Of a DNA stretch of 64,000 nt, positions 36,831 to 50,800 are shown in pieces. How positions within the stretch are numbered: the stretch's first letter is position 1; each line of letters opens with the position of its first letter. The stretch spans positions 53,444,001 to 53,508,000 of the forward strand of contig OZ241832.1 of NCBI GenBank assembly GCA_965202585.1, in the 5' to 3' direction. This DNA comes from Thalia democratica. Taxonomy: Eukaryota. The notes below the pieces were generated by a model, which searched no databases, was not told where the DNA came from, and was given only the letters and a program-made list of their open reading frames with translations. Position numbers and translations under genes: made by a program.

Positions 36831-39800
36831 TGGCCTGTTTTTTTAACCTCATCAATATTCCAGCCTACCTGCTGTCTCACTGCGACTTTCCCCATGGTAT
36901 GCACCCATATTCAAAAACAACCTCAACGATTTTATCAACCGCAAGTGTTCTCGCAACTTAGAATGATATTTTTTGCGTTTTTTAGTAAAACTGCATTTTA
37001 AATTAAGATTACTTTTTGTTTCTTTCTTATGTATTAGAGTAAATATTATTAGTTTATTGAAATGAAAAGTAAGTAATGTGACATTTCAATGTTAGGTAAC
37101 ATTAAAATAAAAACATAATAGTTATTCACTTAATATTCCGGCTAATGTTTCTAAAATAGATAATTCCGATTACTTACCTAAAAGTTGTACTAAAATGTTA
37201 TATTTCACAATATTTCAAATTCCATGAGTTTTCTGCTGAAAAACGTGGAAAACCATAAAACAAACGTCTATTATTTCTTATTGTAGTAAAACTTTCAATA
37301 AAAACTAGTTTGTTAGAAGTGATATGTTTCCGTTGAATTGACTTTTAGTTTAGTCAAAGTTTCCCATTTTCTTTCTGTCTGTTTTTTAATTAAAAAAACT
37401 CTTATAATATAATTCATTTTAAGAGATAGGTTTACATAATTTTTGTTTTTAAAGATAAATTTAATTTATAATTTCTCGTATACAAAAATTTATATATATT
37501 TTTTAAATATACAGTTAGGGCAGGTGGAATTTTGAATGATAAATTTTAAGAGGCTATTTTGCTTTAAAAAATATCTCGCAGGCCTCAGATTTTGGCTTTG
37601 GGGGTTTTCCAATCCCTGTGTTAAATAATTAGAAAGCTACGGTAGAGCTTGCTTAAAATACTAAATTTTTAAATCCAGATTTCAAAAGACATTACTGATC
37701 TAAAAAACTGTATCTTTGCAAAAAAAGTTGTTAACTTCCATTGAAAATGATAAAACGCAAATGGAAAGATAGCTTTATTGACAGTATATTTTATTAATTT
37801 AATAACTTAATATTTTTTAATTCTAACTGAAACTTTTAAATTTCATTTAACTTTTGAAAAAGAATTTAGATCAATTCAAAAAGCTTTAGGTACTATTTAA
37901 GTTTATTAAAATGAAAAATACAACTTTTTTGAGTTGCAAATGGCTTTTGAAAACCTCGTTATAATGTGTAAAGGTCTGGAGATAAAACATTTATAAAGCT
38001 TGTAGTTTAAATCTAGATTTTTTGGTCTATTAGGAATTATTTTAGTCAGTAAAAATCTTTAAACACAATCTTAGGCTGTTTTAAAATGTAGTGTTTGGAT
38101 AAAATCACATAATGTTGATTTTATACAAAACTCCATACCCTATTTTCAGCACAACGTGATTTGCGCCGACTGTCGGGTTATCAATTTATTTGACATCAAA
38201 CTTTTATGAATTAGGTATATTTAAATATAATGCCTCAAGCTATTTTCAGGATTTTTTTATAGGTACCTGATAAGCAACGTCGCTATTTTAGAATAGATAG
38301 TAAAACTATTTTATTTCTTAAAACTTTGAAAACAATGATTAAACATTAACTTTATAATCAAACTTATTCTTAATAAATTTTTAATGTTTCGTTGCAACTT
38401 ATGAAGGCTGCTTATGTTTATTCGTTTATGCGTTCTAATATGTTTATTTAAGTCGACAACATCAGTTCGTTCAATGATCTAAACAATCGGGGAAGGATCA
38501 AAACACACAATGCTGAATGATTATCAGAGGTTAGATATTTTTAGTTATAATATATGTAAACTAAGCTAAATAACTCGTTTTTGTTAAAAACAAAAGCTTA
38601 GTGTTTTATCTAACAGACTAAACAACTGTTAAATATTAAAACTCTTACATCACTTTTTTGGTGAGTGCTAAAATAAAAAGACTATTTTTGATAAATAATT
38701 ATATTAGTAACAACAGCAGTAGAAATAACGATAACAACAAAAAAAAAGGCCTGTTATAAGCCACAACCGGCTGTTTTTGTATATACCACAAACAAAACTT
38801 TATATATATGCAATTTTTCGTTTACTTCGGTTTCTTGAAGTGCTATTTTCCCTTTTTTTCCAGTCTTTTATATCGAAAACTGCATTTTTTCACGTTCAAC
38901 TTCATGCTCTTCCCACTCATCAGCGCTGATATTAAGGCTAATCAGTTCGCGCATACAGACGTCATTAAAGCGTAATGTTGAACGATAGCGGTTGCGTCAA
39001 TTGTAAATTTTAATATTTATAAGAAAGATCTTGCATGATGTTAAACTTAAATAAGAGTTAGGGTCGGACTCGGCAGCATTTCACAGCTAGTTTTTTGTTT
39101 AAATATCACAAGCCGCGTTGTTTAAATAAAAAAATTTTGCAGGCTCCATCTATGTTTGTTGAGGTAATCAATACAAAGTGTACTGTTTTAAACACAAAAC
39201 ATGATAGAATAAAATAAACAATAAAGCACAAGTAGTTAGTAATTTTAAACATAAGTGACTTTTTGTTATGTTTTTGAAAATTATGCGTTTTAATTTTCTT
39301 AATAAGGTAGTTTTACCCATTAGTGCCTTCATATAAATAGGCAACTTTTTTTACCTTTTAAAAGAGTTTATTTAAAAGTTTTGAATTTACTTTTGATTGG
39401 GTTTTGGTTTGTTTTTCAGCTTTATCAAAAAACTCTAATTTAGCATTAATCAATGGCTTTGAGAAGAAACTAAAAGTTGAACAATTGAATTTGCTTTGAC
39501 GCTTTTTTTTATTCTTTAAAAAATTCAACTTTGTTAAAAAAATATTGCAACCTACTCCACTCGCTTATTACCAAGCTAGTGTTGGATATTATAAAACCAA
39601 AAATAATTAGCTGTAGAAAATTTTTCATTTTATTTCGACTAGCAAAATGTAAGCTTTAGTGTTTTTATGTTTATGCATTTGTTAAATATTTTTTTTTGTT
39701 AAAGTGATCACTAAAACTAAAGAATTAAGATAAATCTATTTAGTTTGATAACTTATTGGTTCTGATTAACTAAACCCATTTTATCAAATAAGACTAAACT

Positions 39801-40239
39801 ATTGCCATCATATTTTAGCCTACAACAAAAGGCCTACCTTTTTTTCACATATAAGTCATTTTTACAACATAAAAAAATCCTAACTTTCAGAGTCTTCATC
39901 GGTACATCGATAGAGGATTAGTTTATGACCCTAAAAACTGTTAAAGTGAACAAATAATATTTTCAAAGGTAACCTCCGAAAAAAGTAACTACATTATTAT
40001 ACTAAAACAAAAGCTAGCTTAATAAAGACAAAAAAAATTAGCTTAACGAACGAAAAACACTTTTCAACACCAATTACATGGTAATGAGAATCGGATTTAT
40101 GTTTTATATTTATAAAATAGAATGTTTTTGTTCTATTTTTAATACATGAGATAGCTACTTAAACTTTACATTAGGTAATTCGATTTTCATTCTATTACTT
40201 TATTGAAATTACTAGAAACTTCTAAATGCACAAACTTTC

Positions 40240-40350
40240 AAGTAAACAACGGTCAACTTAGTAGCGGCGAACGGAAGATTTTTTGACCCGGTTACCTAGA
40301 TTTAGTAAAAATGAGTTTATTTCGTGTTTTCGATGTTTTCATAAAGCAAC
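40240..40350 (+). promoter_or_regulatory. Candidate promoter / 5'UTR exon of the dynein gene
   Basis: Local CpG-rich patch ~1.5 kb upstream of the ATG, with a forkhead-type GTAAACAA (40243) and an X-box-like half-site GTTACCTAG (~40271). The ATG at 41859 directly follows a TTTAG acceptor. Inference only. Confidence 0.25.
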
Positions 40351-41858
40351 GTAAATTAGATTTGTTATTTTTGTAGGTATAATTCTTTGCAAAGTAAAAA
40401 ATGTAAAATTGTTTTAATATCTATGATGGTTTTTAATTTCCTTATCAAGACTTTTATGTTGCAAATTTTAGTTTTGGTTTTTGAAAAAGTATAAAAATAA
40501 GGTAGTGAATGTGAATCTAAAAATGAATGTTAAAAATATTTTTTAATTTTAAAAGGTAATGTTTAACTTATTTATAAACAAAAATCTTCAAATTTTAAAT
40601 TATAGTGATAATTTGTTTTTACTTTTATAAATTTTTAATACGTATAAATCTTTATAAATATTTATAAGCTTAAACAACTTAAGCAAGCACATTTTATGAA
40701 ATTTTGTAGAATACTTTAAAATACTTTGGTACTACCAATTTTTTTTTGATTTTTTACTGTATAATAAAAAGTCAATGTCTAAATCACTCTTAAAACTTTT
40801 TAAAGTAAATGAAAACTATTTAGTAGTAATTATATCGCAAAAACTTAAACTTTCATTTAACATTTCTACATATTATGAAATTAAGATACACTGATTATTA
40901 AGTCAGTTTTTTTAAAGTTTTATATCTTTAGGCTTTTGTAGTAAATCGTAAGTTTTGATAAGCAGTATTAAAATATTAACTTTAATTTTAAAAATCTAAA
41001 GCGAGTTTAATGAAAAATAAAATGGTGTATAAGTGAAATCGATAGGTTTGACTTTACAAAAAATTAAAAAAAAAAAACTTTTTATAAGATAGTAAATATT
41101 TGAAATTATTTTTTTTTCAGGCGGTATATTTTCAACAGTTTTAAAAAGTTTACAAAAATTGTTTCACGTCTGATGTGTATAAGTATAAGTATTGCCTCTT
41201 TCTGTAATTGTAGATTGTTTTTATTCTTTATTTAAATTTAAGCAAAAAAAAAGAACTATGTTTGTTAGAAATATACTGGAATAGCTTTTATTATATTTTA
41301 AAGATCTTTTATCTAAAAAAAAAACTAAATAAAGTTACTAGTTTGATGTTATGAAGAAAATTTTAAATCTGCGTTTTATTGCAGTAATTCAAGTAAAAAA
41401 TGATTTAACTAAAATATAGCAGTTTAATTAACTTTTATTTTACTTTTATCTTTGTTGTTGCACTTTAGATTAATTACATCTTTGTTTACTGTTAACGATG
41501 CCTTAAGTTTATTAGTTTTAGTGAAACACTATAAAACAAAATTTCAAACTTAAAACTCCATAGCAATGCAATAGATACGTCATAATACAATGTCTTCCAA
41601 TTGTGTATCTAACTAACTATTATCTACAGCTAAGTTTCTTTTAAAACAGCCCAAACTTTAAGCTATTTAACATTAAAGACACTTTTCTTTTTAACTCTTA
41701 AAGTACAAATGAATTTTGAAATAGCTACAGTTTTTAATTTTTTCCAAAACAATTTTGACAATAAATTTTATGTATTAAGATTAAAAAAAAAGTAGTTTAA
41801 ACAATTTCATTAAAGAAAAACAGTAAAAAACAAAATGTTAGTGTGAAAAAGTTTAGAC

Positions 41859-44800
41859 ATGAGTGAAGAACCTCGAATAAGTACAGTAACAAATATTTCA
41901 AATGACGAAAACAGTGAAAATCAGGAATCTAGCAGCAAGGAAACAAGATTTAGAACAAGTTAGTTTTTTTTCTTAATTTAATAAGAATAAAAATCTTAAA
42001 ATCTGTATAAGTATACAAAATTTATTTATGTGCTAGTGTTTTAAGTATTCAAAGCTATGAAAGCTTAAATTTTACTTTGTATAAGTGCACATACTGCTTT
42101 TCACATTGAACTATACATTACTGTTAAAATAATTTAGTATTTCTAAGTAGCCGATTCTAAAAAATAATTACATTAGACTTTTGCTGATCAAATACTCTAA
42201 GTCTCAACATTAAATCAAACGCTACAAAGTGTAGGAAAATCCTGAAACTTAAGTTACCAAGGAGGTGTTATCAAGAACATTTAGCTTAAAAAATAAACTT
42301 AAAATAATTTTTACCACTGCATGACAAAATATTTCAAAGTTTTGAGTTTGAAACAAGCCCAATAGTTAATAAAAAATATTGTACTTTAATTATGCTATAG
42401 AAACAGTGGTCCATCTTGTTTTTTATAAGCTGAATTTCAACGCAAATTGAAACAGTAATCACAACTAGTTGAAATTTTCTACAGTTTAAAATGTTTAAGT
42501 TTAACTTATGTGGTATAAAGTATTAATGTTGGAAAGCTGAATTAGATCCTTGTAAAAGAGGAAAATTAAGAAGACTATTGTTGTTAGAATTTATCTACTC
42601 TTTCATTTTTTAAATAGTAGTTTTCAAATTTTCACAATTTGTACTTAATTAAATTAGAAATATAAATTGCAAGAGTTGTTATTATTGTAGAGAAAATTGT
42701 ATATTTTTGTTCTCATTAAATGTATGTAAATACTTGAAAAAGACATCAATGTCTAGGTTTAAAAATACAGCATTGCTGTCCACGCACACTACAAGCACAA
42801 CAAGCAGCAACGCTCCCATCTTAATATAACACTTAATAGAAGCTAGATTCCAAGTGCATGTCAAAGAGCCTACCTTAGTTACTGTAAGTAACTTACTGAG
42901 CACACTTAGATAAATATGTTAAAAAAACATTAATAGTTTCAATAAAACATTTTTCTTCAGCTTACACCAACATGATGATATTCAAAAAAGACATCAGCAC
43001 ACAATTTTCAAAACCTATATTGAGTAAATGTCATTCATAATTTAATTTAGAATTAGTTCTATATATGGAGTAAGCAGCCTTTTATAGTTCAAGGGCCAAT
43101 TTTTCATTTAAAAATTTGCTTACTAGTAAAAAAAAATAAAATCTTTTCAGGGACCACAATTATAATAAATGTAATAATCAATAGAAAAATACTTAATAAA
43201 ATCAAACATTTATGTAGTAAGTAACAATAGTATTTAGTAGTAGGCACTTGTAATTACTACTTAATTAATTTGGCATAGGGGGGGTTCGGACATTTTTTTA
43301 CTAAAAATAACATAGGATCTTATATGAAAGCTTGAAGTAGAAACTACAAGCCAGTTTTTATAGAACTAAAAAATCTTATTAAAATTTTGAGATATAGTAA
43401 TTTTTATAAAAAGTTTCCGATACAAACATATAGACCACAAATTTTTTGGGGTCAATCTTCTTTTAAATTTAAAAAATCACTAAAAACCTATCAATCTTCT
43501 TCTTCATTTTTTGAGTTAGAGACCTCAAACTTTCAAGAAACGTTCCTTTTATAGTTTATAAGACTCTGAATGTTGGAATTTTTTAAATATTATAAAATAA
43601 AAATTTCAGATTAAAAAAACAAAAAAAAAGTTGGTTTATTTTTAATAAAAAATTTATTTTTCAAAATTAAAAAAATTCCTGCATTCAATCTTTTTAGTGT
43701 TTAATAATACACTTTCTCTAAAATTTGAAGAAGATTGATCAAATAATGAAGGAGGAGATTGATTTTTAGTGAAATGGTCTTTTTTTTGTGTTTTAAGTTT
43801 GCGCCTTCCATTAGGAACCTATTGAGGTCACTGATTTTGATTGCTCATGTCTCAAAAAATACTTTGAATTTTTTCAAGTAGTTAAAAATATCTGATAGTT
43901 CAGATAAAACCTATGAAATAAGATCAACTTGTAATAACCAAGGTGGACCCCCCCTATGCTCTTAATAGCCTAAATATAAGTTTTTACTGCAAAAAAAACT
44001 ATTTTTTATTGTTTTGATATAGTATGTTTTTATAGTGTTCTACCAAATCTAGCTAGATCTGCCTTTAGCTTGCCCAGGTCAGGATCTAACTAGATTTTGA
44101 TAATAAATATTTAGATCAGGTTTTAGTTGGATCTTGACTAAAAAATCGTTCCTATCTGGCTATAGTTTGGATTTCTATGAAGATTAAAGATCTAAGCAGA
44201 ACTAGATATGACCTTTAACATTTAAAACTAGCCAAAACCTGATCTGAGTATTTTGATAATTTTAAACTATAGTTAGATCCGGATCTTGGTAAGCTATGGC
44301 CAGATCCAGCATTTGAATAGGGTAAACCATTAACTTTAAGGCTAAAAAGTGCATTGGAAATTGTTGATTTGCTAGCCACATTTGGTCAGCTGGCCGCAGT
44401 TTGCCAACTTGTTTTCTATAGCTGTAACTTAACCTATAAAATAGTTGCAAATCAAAGTAACTTAAATTTTATTTAAAACTTTTGACTGTTTAGATACTTA
44501 AAAAAATTGATCTAGTTTTAATGACTAATTTTCTGTGTTTCTTTTTTGTAAAATGTAATTTGTTTCATTAAAGCTTTAGTGGTGGGGGGTCACATATTAA
44601 CATTTTTTACAAGGATTAACATTGACATTTGAAGAATTAAAGTTTATACTGTAAATAACTTTTTATTGTACAAAAAGTTTCTATTAATCTTTGAAATGTT
44701 AACTGTTTAAAAAAAGTTTCCTATACAAATGTATAGAACAAGGGTCGGCAAACTGCGGGCCACATTAATTTTTTTTCCAACTAGTTTAATATATTAATAT

Positions 44801-47800
44801 TCTCAAAAAACAAAAACAAAAGGTATGTTTTAGTGCTATCTTTAATAGATAATCTTATAGCCTAAATTTTTTTTGTTCAAAAAATTATCTTTAAATATGT
44901 TTTTTAAAGCACATAAAAACGTTCCTTTTTTGACCTGCCTACCCCTGGTATAGAAGATAAGTTTTTAATAGCTCTTTTCAGCTTTATACTTCAAATTTTT
45001 TATAATGTTCTTTGAAATATTACAAAGACAACTTTTGTAGGAAGCAAAAAAAATCATATAGATTTAAAAACGGATTTAATAAGAAACTAAAAAAATAGGT
45101 TTCCTACAAGTTGTTCTTATTATGTTATATATTACACTAGAGGTCGGCAGCCTTTTGTATCTTGCGGGCCAATTTTTTTTGATAAAATTGCTCACAGGCC
45201 GCACTATTTTGAAAAAGTCTTCAAGGGCCGCATTTATTTTAAAATAGTTGTTGTTTTTAGTATAAAAATACTGTTTGAAATAAAAAATATGATAAAATAA
45301 GCAATAATAAAGCACTAGTTAAGATTATTTATTGAAACAGGAGTCTAATTCTAAGTTTTTATAATATTTTATTTTGGATTAAAAAACTATAATTTTAGCA
45401 AAAAAGTACCTTGCAGGTCGCAAATTTTGGCTTCACAAGCCGCATTTTGCTCGCGGGCAACAGTTTGCCAACCCCTGTATTACTATGAGAAGCTTAAACA
45501 ATTTCTCAAAAACTTTAGGAGAATATAGGTTTTTATTAAAAAAAATTATTTTCACCTTATTAGTTTGTGCCTTTATAAGTAACCTATTGAACTAATTTAA
45601 CTTTGTCTGTTGATGTCTCAAAAATTTCTTAAATTTTAATATAAGGTAAAAAGCACTAATAACTAATACAAAAATCTTACAAATTGATTCAACTTATCAA
45701 GAACAACAATTTTACCCCTAGCCAGAATTTTTATAAAAATATAAGATACTATGAAAACTTATCTCATTGTACAGTTTCAATGTGGATTTTACTGTAAAAA
45801 AGAAAGTAACACAACATTTTGTTTTGTTAAAGCTTTTGAGTGTTGACAAGTACTGTTTTAGTATTTAAGTAAGATTTTGTAATTATTTTTGTTTACATTG
45901 TTTTCTCCATACAGATCTTGTTTTTGCTAAAAATATTTTGTCTACAGGATTTTATTGGTATTTAAAAAATTATAATTGTTTTTATTTCTTACCAGTAATC
46001 ACAGTAAATAATAATTTTGTGTGTTAAAGTCTAATGTCTGATTAATTTCTATTAATTTGCTCAAATTACCGAGTTATTTTTCATTATATGTTTCTGTTTG
46101 ATTTGAAACTAACAACAAATTCTACAAATTAATTACTTATGATTAACTGTGATTAATTGAAAAATAAATCGTTTACTAAATTAATGGTTTTTCTTCTAAG
46201 CTGTAAGTTTTGATGATACCAGAAAATTTAATAATTTATGAGATCACCTCTAAAAAGTTGTAGTTGTATTTTTAGGCTCTATTTTTTCTTAAGAATTTTT
46301 TCAAACCCTAACTAAATAATAAAAACCATTTTTATGTTTATTTTTTTATGTTTATTTTTATATCAATAAGTTGAATGCTCAAATTTATTTATAATGAAGG
46401 CTTATTTTTATTGTAGATGCTTTATCGAAATACTTGTAAAATGCTAAAAGTTTTGATTGATGCTTGTAGGTATAGTAATAGTTGGTTTTTTGTTATACTA
46501 GAATTCATTTTTTCAGGTGTCCGATTAGGATGTAGCTACAAAGAACTTAAATCCAGGCTTTATTTTAAGCCTACACCACCAAAGTTTAATCCTTTAACTT
46601 TGGGGTTACACAGAGTAACCAGAACACAACGCATGGCAATCAAGAGGCGTCAACCAGCAAAACTTGATCCACTAGTGGGTATTAATAAGAACTATTTTAT
46701 ATTTCAGTAAATTAAACATTTTAAAAACATATTTTTAAGAAAATTTAAGCTTATACAAAATGAAAATAAAATTATTGAGAAACTTATAGTTTTATTTTCT
46801 ATTTATATTTCTGTTTTTAAAGTTTCTACGTAAATACTTTTAAAGTTTACGATTTATTAAAAATCTGTTTTCATGCTTTTAACATTCTAAAAAAATAAAT
46901 AGTTTAATATTTTCATAACTTTAGGATTGTTTGTTTTACATTTAAAATATCTTCATGATAACTAATTTTGTTAATCACCATTACAGCCAACATTGTCTAC
47001 GTTTCAAGATAGAAACCAACCAGAAAACATACAAAGAGAAAACAAACAAGTTTTATCACAAAGAGGCTGGACTCAAAGAACAGGTGTTTATGTTGCTCCA
47101 ACTTCAGCCACTGATCTGAGGTACAGAAACGAAACACCTCGAAAGCTTCTGAAAAAACAAACATTTCATCTGGTAATTTTTCAATGTTCATAGAGTTTCA
47201 TCAGCACATTCAAGTTTTATGTGTTTAAGTGTTAACAAATTAAATTTTTACTTTAAGATGTTGTAATTTGTTTAGTGACAAAATATTATTTTTATACCAA
47301 AATTTAGTAAATTGTATTGTTTAAATATAGTATAAGATCAATTAAAGTAATAATATTTTTATTAGTGTAAGTTTCAAGGTACATTCCCCAACATACTTGA
47401 AAAATATTAAACTGTAATGACATGAAGTTTGTTTTTATAACTTACATAGTCTCTTATGAACTTTATGTTACTTATTTCATTAAAACTGCCTTTTAAACTA
47501 AAATAATTTTATCAGACTTATAAAAAACAAAACTTAAGTTGTAATATAAAAACCAAAAGTTTAGATCAGCTTAATAAATATTATAGGGCCCTGGTCGTTC
47601 TGTATTGTCAATGGTAAGCAAAAGTAGAAAGACCAGAACAATATCTGCAGCTTCGTTTCACGACAAGACTGAAGAGATTCCAGCCAATTATATGTCTTCG
47701 TATCGACTCGACTCCAAAAAGTCGTCAAAACCTGCAGTTTCAGTAAGGGACCCAATGTCAATATACAAATTCAAACCTCACTATGACCTTGAAGTTCTAA

Positions 47801-50800
47801 AGAAAGCAAATTTAGAAGCCATATACTCTGTTGATATCAGAGACCCTTTGGATATCATTGAAATAATCAAATGCAAGTTAGTTACTCTATTATTTTTAAT
47901 TTTATTTAAAAGTCTAGAAAACAATTAATCTCACTATGTATCAAACATTAAAATTATAAACTTTCCTATGAACTTAAATAAATAAATATATATCTAAAAC
48001 ACAGATTTTATTGAAAAGTTTCCTTTGGTGATATTAAAAAAAGTTTTTTAAAGTAGTTTTTATTATTTATTATTAAAACACCAGTCACAATACAGAACTT
48101 TAAACTATTCTAAAGCAAAAAATATCATTTTGAACACTACGTTTTTCGGCTAAAAAGTGCGTACCACACTGGCAGTACATACCTAGGAAGTGCGTATACA
48201 GGTGGCAGGTTACTGTATATTGCACTTTTGTTGAGTCAATATTTCCTTTAACTGAATGAGTATAAGTCAAACTTTTAATTAAAGTATGTAACAAACTGCA
48301 AGGTATATTATAATTCAAACAGCAAGAAAGTTGATTATTTGTACATGACACCGCGCCACCATCAATCATCGAATGATTACTCACCTTACAACCTGAAAGT
48401 TGTGCCTTACGATCAAGTCAATGTGAACAACTACATGACAATGAGCTCTCGCGGAGTCATCAGGATTAAAGGAAAGGAGCAAGTCTTCACCGAATTAGAC
48501 AGGTGGAAAAAAGAGTTCCAGTAAGTCAAGCTTGTTTTATTATTTTACAGTAGTAATACAACCCAAAAATTGTTGTTTACTAAAGCTGTTCTAATTTTAA
48601 AGCAATTTTTTAGTCTACTAGTAATTAAGTTTTATTAAACATTATTTAGCTTAAACGTTCAAAAACTTTGGCATGCATAAAATAGGTTGTACTGTAAGCT
48701 GATAGGCATTAAAACTTTTACGATGTTTCGAATGTGGAAAGCGTTTGCTGTTTGGAGAAAAAATGTGCGGCACAGCAATTTGAAAATTAATACGAAATCG
48801 TTGAAAAAGAACTTATTTTTCCTTCATCCAGTTAGTTTTACTAAGCAATTTTATATATTTTTTCAAATGTACTCTATCTTACACTTTTTAAATCGTTAAA
48901 AAACAACTTATTTTTTTTCAAACAGGCTCTCCGAGAGGCATTGTTGAACATAAAAGAGTTGTGTTACCGGGTGGGAGACATGCATTTGTGCGTCATACAA
49001 GCAAAAACTTTCAATCTTGAGGACTTCACCGAGATGCAGTACGCGCAACTGCGTACTGTCAAGTACAGGTTGTATGAATTCAGAGAGCTCGTCAAAGAAG
49101 TAGTCAGAAATGCCTGCAGGTTGGTAGATATAAAAGAAAAAGCTGTTTTTAAGTTTACTGTAAATATTTCTAGTACTTATTATATAAATAACTATAACTA
49201 GTTTCTGTAACGTAGTTATAAAAAAAGTTCACAAGCTAATCAAGTATTTTTATAGGACGTCACTTTTGGAAGCTGGTTTTACTCCAGATGATTATTTCAA
49301 CGATGCAAATATGAACAAGCAGTTACTAAATGGCATTAATCAATCTATTGCTTCTTCCACTGCATTAAAAGTTAGTTTAGTTTATTATTTTAGTTTATAT
49401 TTTTAGTCCTTCCTTACTGTATCCTAATTAAAGTTTCAAACAATGGTGGCAGTTAAAATTTTAGAGAGCAATTTAGCTCAGAAGCGTATAGAAAAAACTA
49501 TCTTTATAGGAAAATTTAATATTAGGTATAAAAACATACAATCTTAAAAAAACTAGCATATATAGTAATTGTTTTGTTTATCTTGTATTTCGTTTAAATC
49601 TTAGAAAGTTTTATTTTTTTGATCATAATAGTCGCGAATGGATATTGTGTTGGGTGATGGACCAGAAAAAATGACTTACACAGAGCAAGCAAATAAAAGA
49701 GCCCAATGCAAGAGATTGAGTAGCTTTATTAAGTTAGTGTGATATGCGTTGCTTGTAACACATTTTTTTTTAAGTTTGCTCAAGATAGTCTTTATTTTAA
49801 TTTAAGTTTATTAATTTAATGCTGAAAATAAGGTTTTAGACAACACTTTGCACTGTTTATTTAAGTGAAGTTGTCATTTGACATGATTGTTATTAATAAG
49901 AAAGTTATATATTAAAAAAAAAAAAAGTGCACTTCTATGTTTTTTCTTACTTTTTGAATCTATAATGTTTATAATTTATATTTGAAAGCTAATTACAATA
50001 ATTTATTAATAATTTCGTGCAAAAATATACAAAGTAACTTACTCACTGATTCAATGTAGACTTGTCGACTACATCATAGCAACGACCATGCAAACCTTGG
50101 CTAAAAAGTCAACTGAATTTTTGTTGTCTAAAATTAAAACTTTACTGGAAATGACTCCTGCTGATGATGTGATTCAAAGCTGGAGAGATGTAAGATTTTT
50201 GTATCATTTTGTTTATTTGTTTTCATGTCATTCAAATTTTATTTTCTTTACTTTTCAGGAAGAAGCAAATCAACCCGAAGAAAAGAAAGAGAAAAAAGGA
50301 ATGGCTGGAGGTAGTGTTTAAGCTAAAATACTGTTCTACATTATTTAAGTATTTGATAAACAAGTGAAATAATAAGTTTTTTACGTTTTACCAGTGAAAA
50401 CGTTTTGATATTAAATTCAACTTTAACTGTAAATATACTGCTTCTGTCATTTCTTTTTAATGATGCATATAAATATTTAATTAAAAATAAATTCAGATAT
50501 AGAAGTGGATATGTCGCGCAAGCCGCTCTTCATCACTGAGCTCGGCATCGATTTGGAAGGAATGCAGTTTGATCCCGACCTCAACAAATTTCAAACTCAC
50601 ATCACTGATATCATGAACAGGTTAATCATTCGTCGTTGTTTATCTACACTTTTGACAAATTCAAGTTAAAGGCTTCTCTATAATCTGAAATTATGTATAT
50701 GTTTACATTTACATAATCAACTGCGTTAGATAACCTGAAGATTATTTTATTAATGTAAAACCAGGTTTCAGAGCACAGTGCTGAGTGTTAAAAATTTGGT

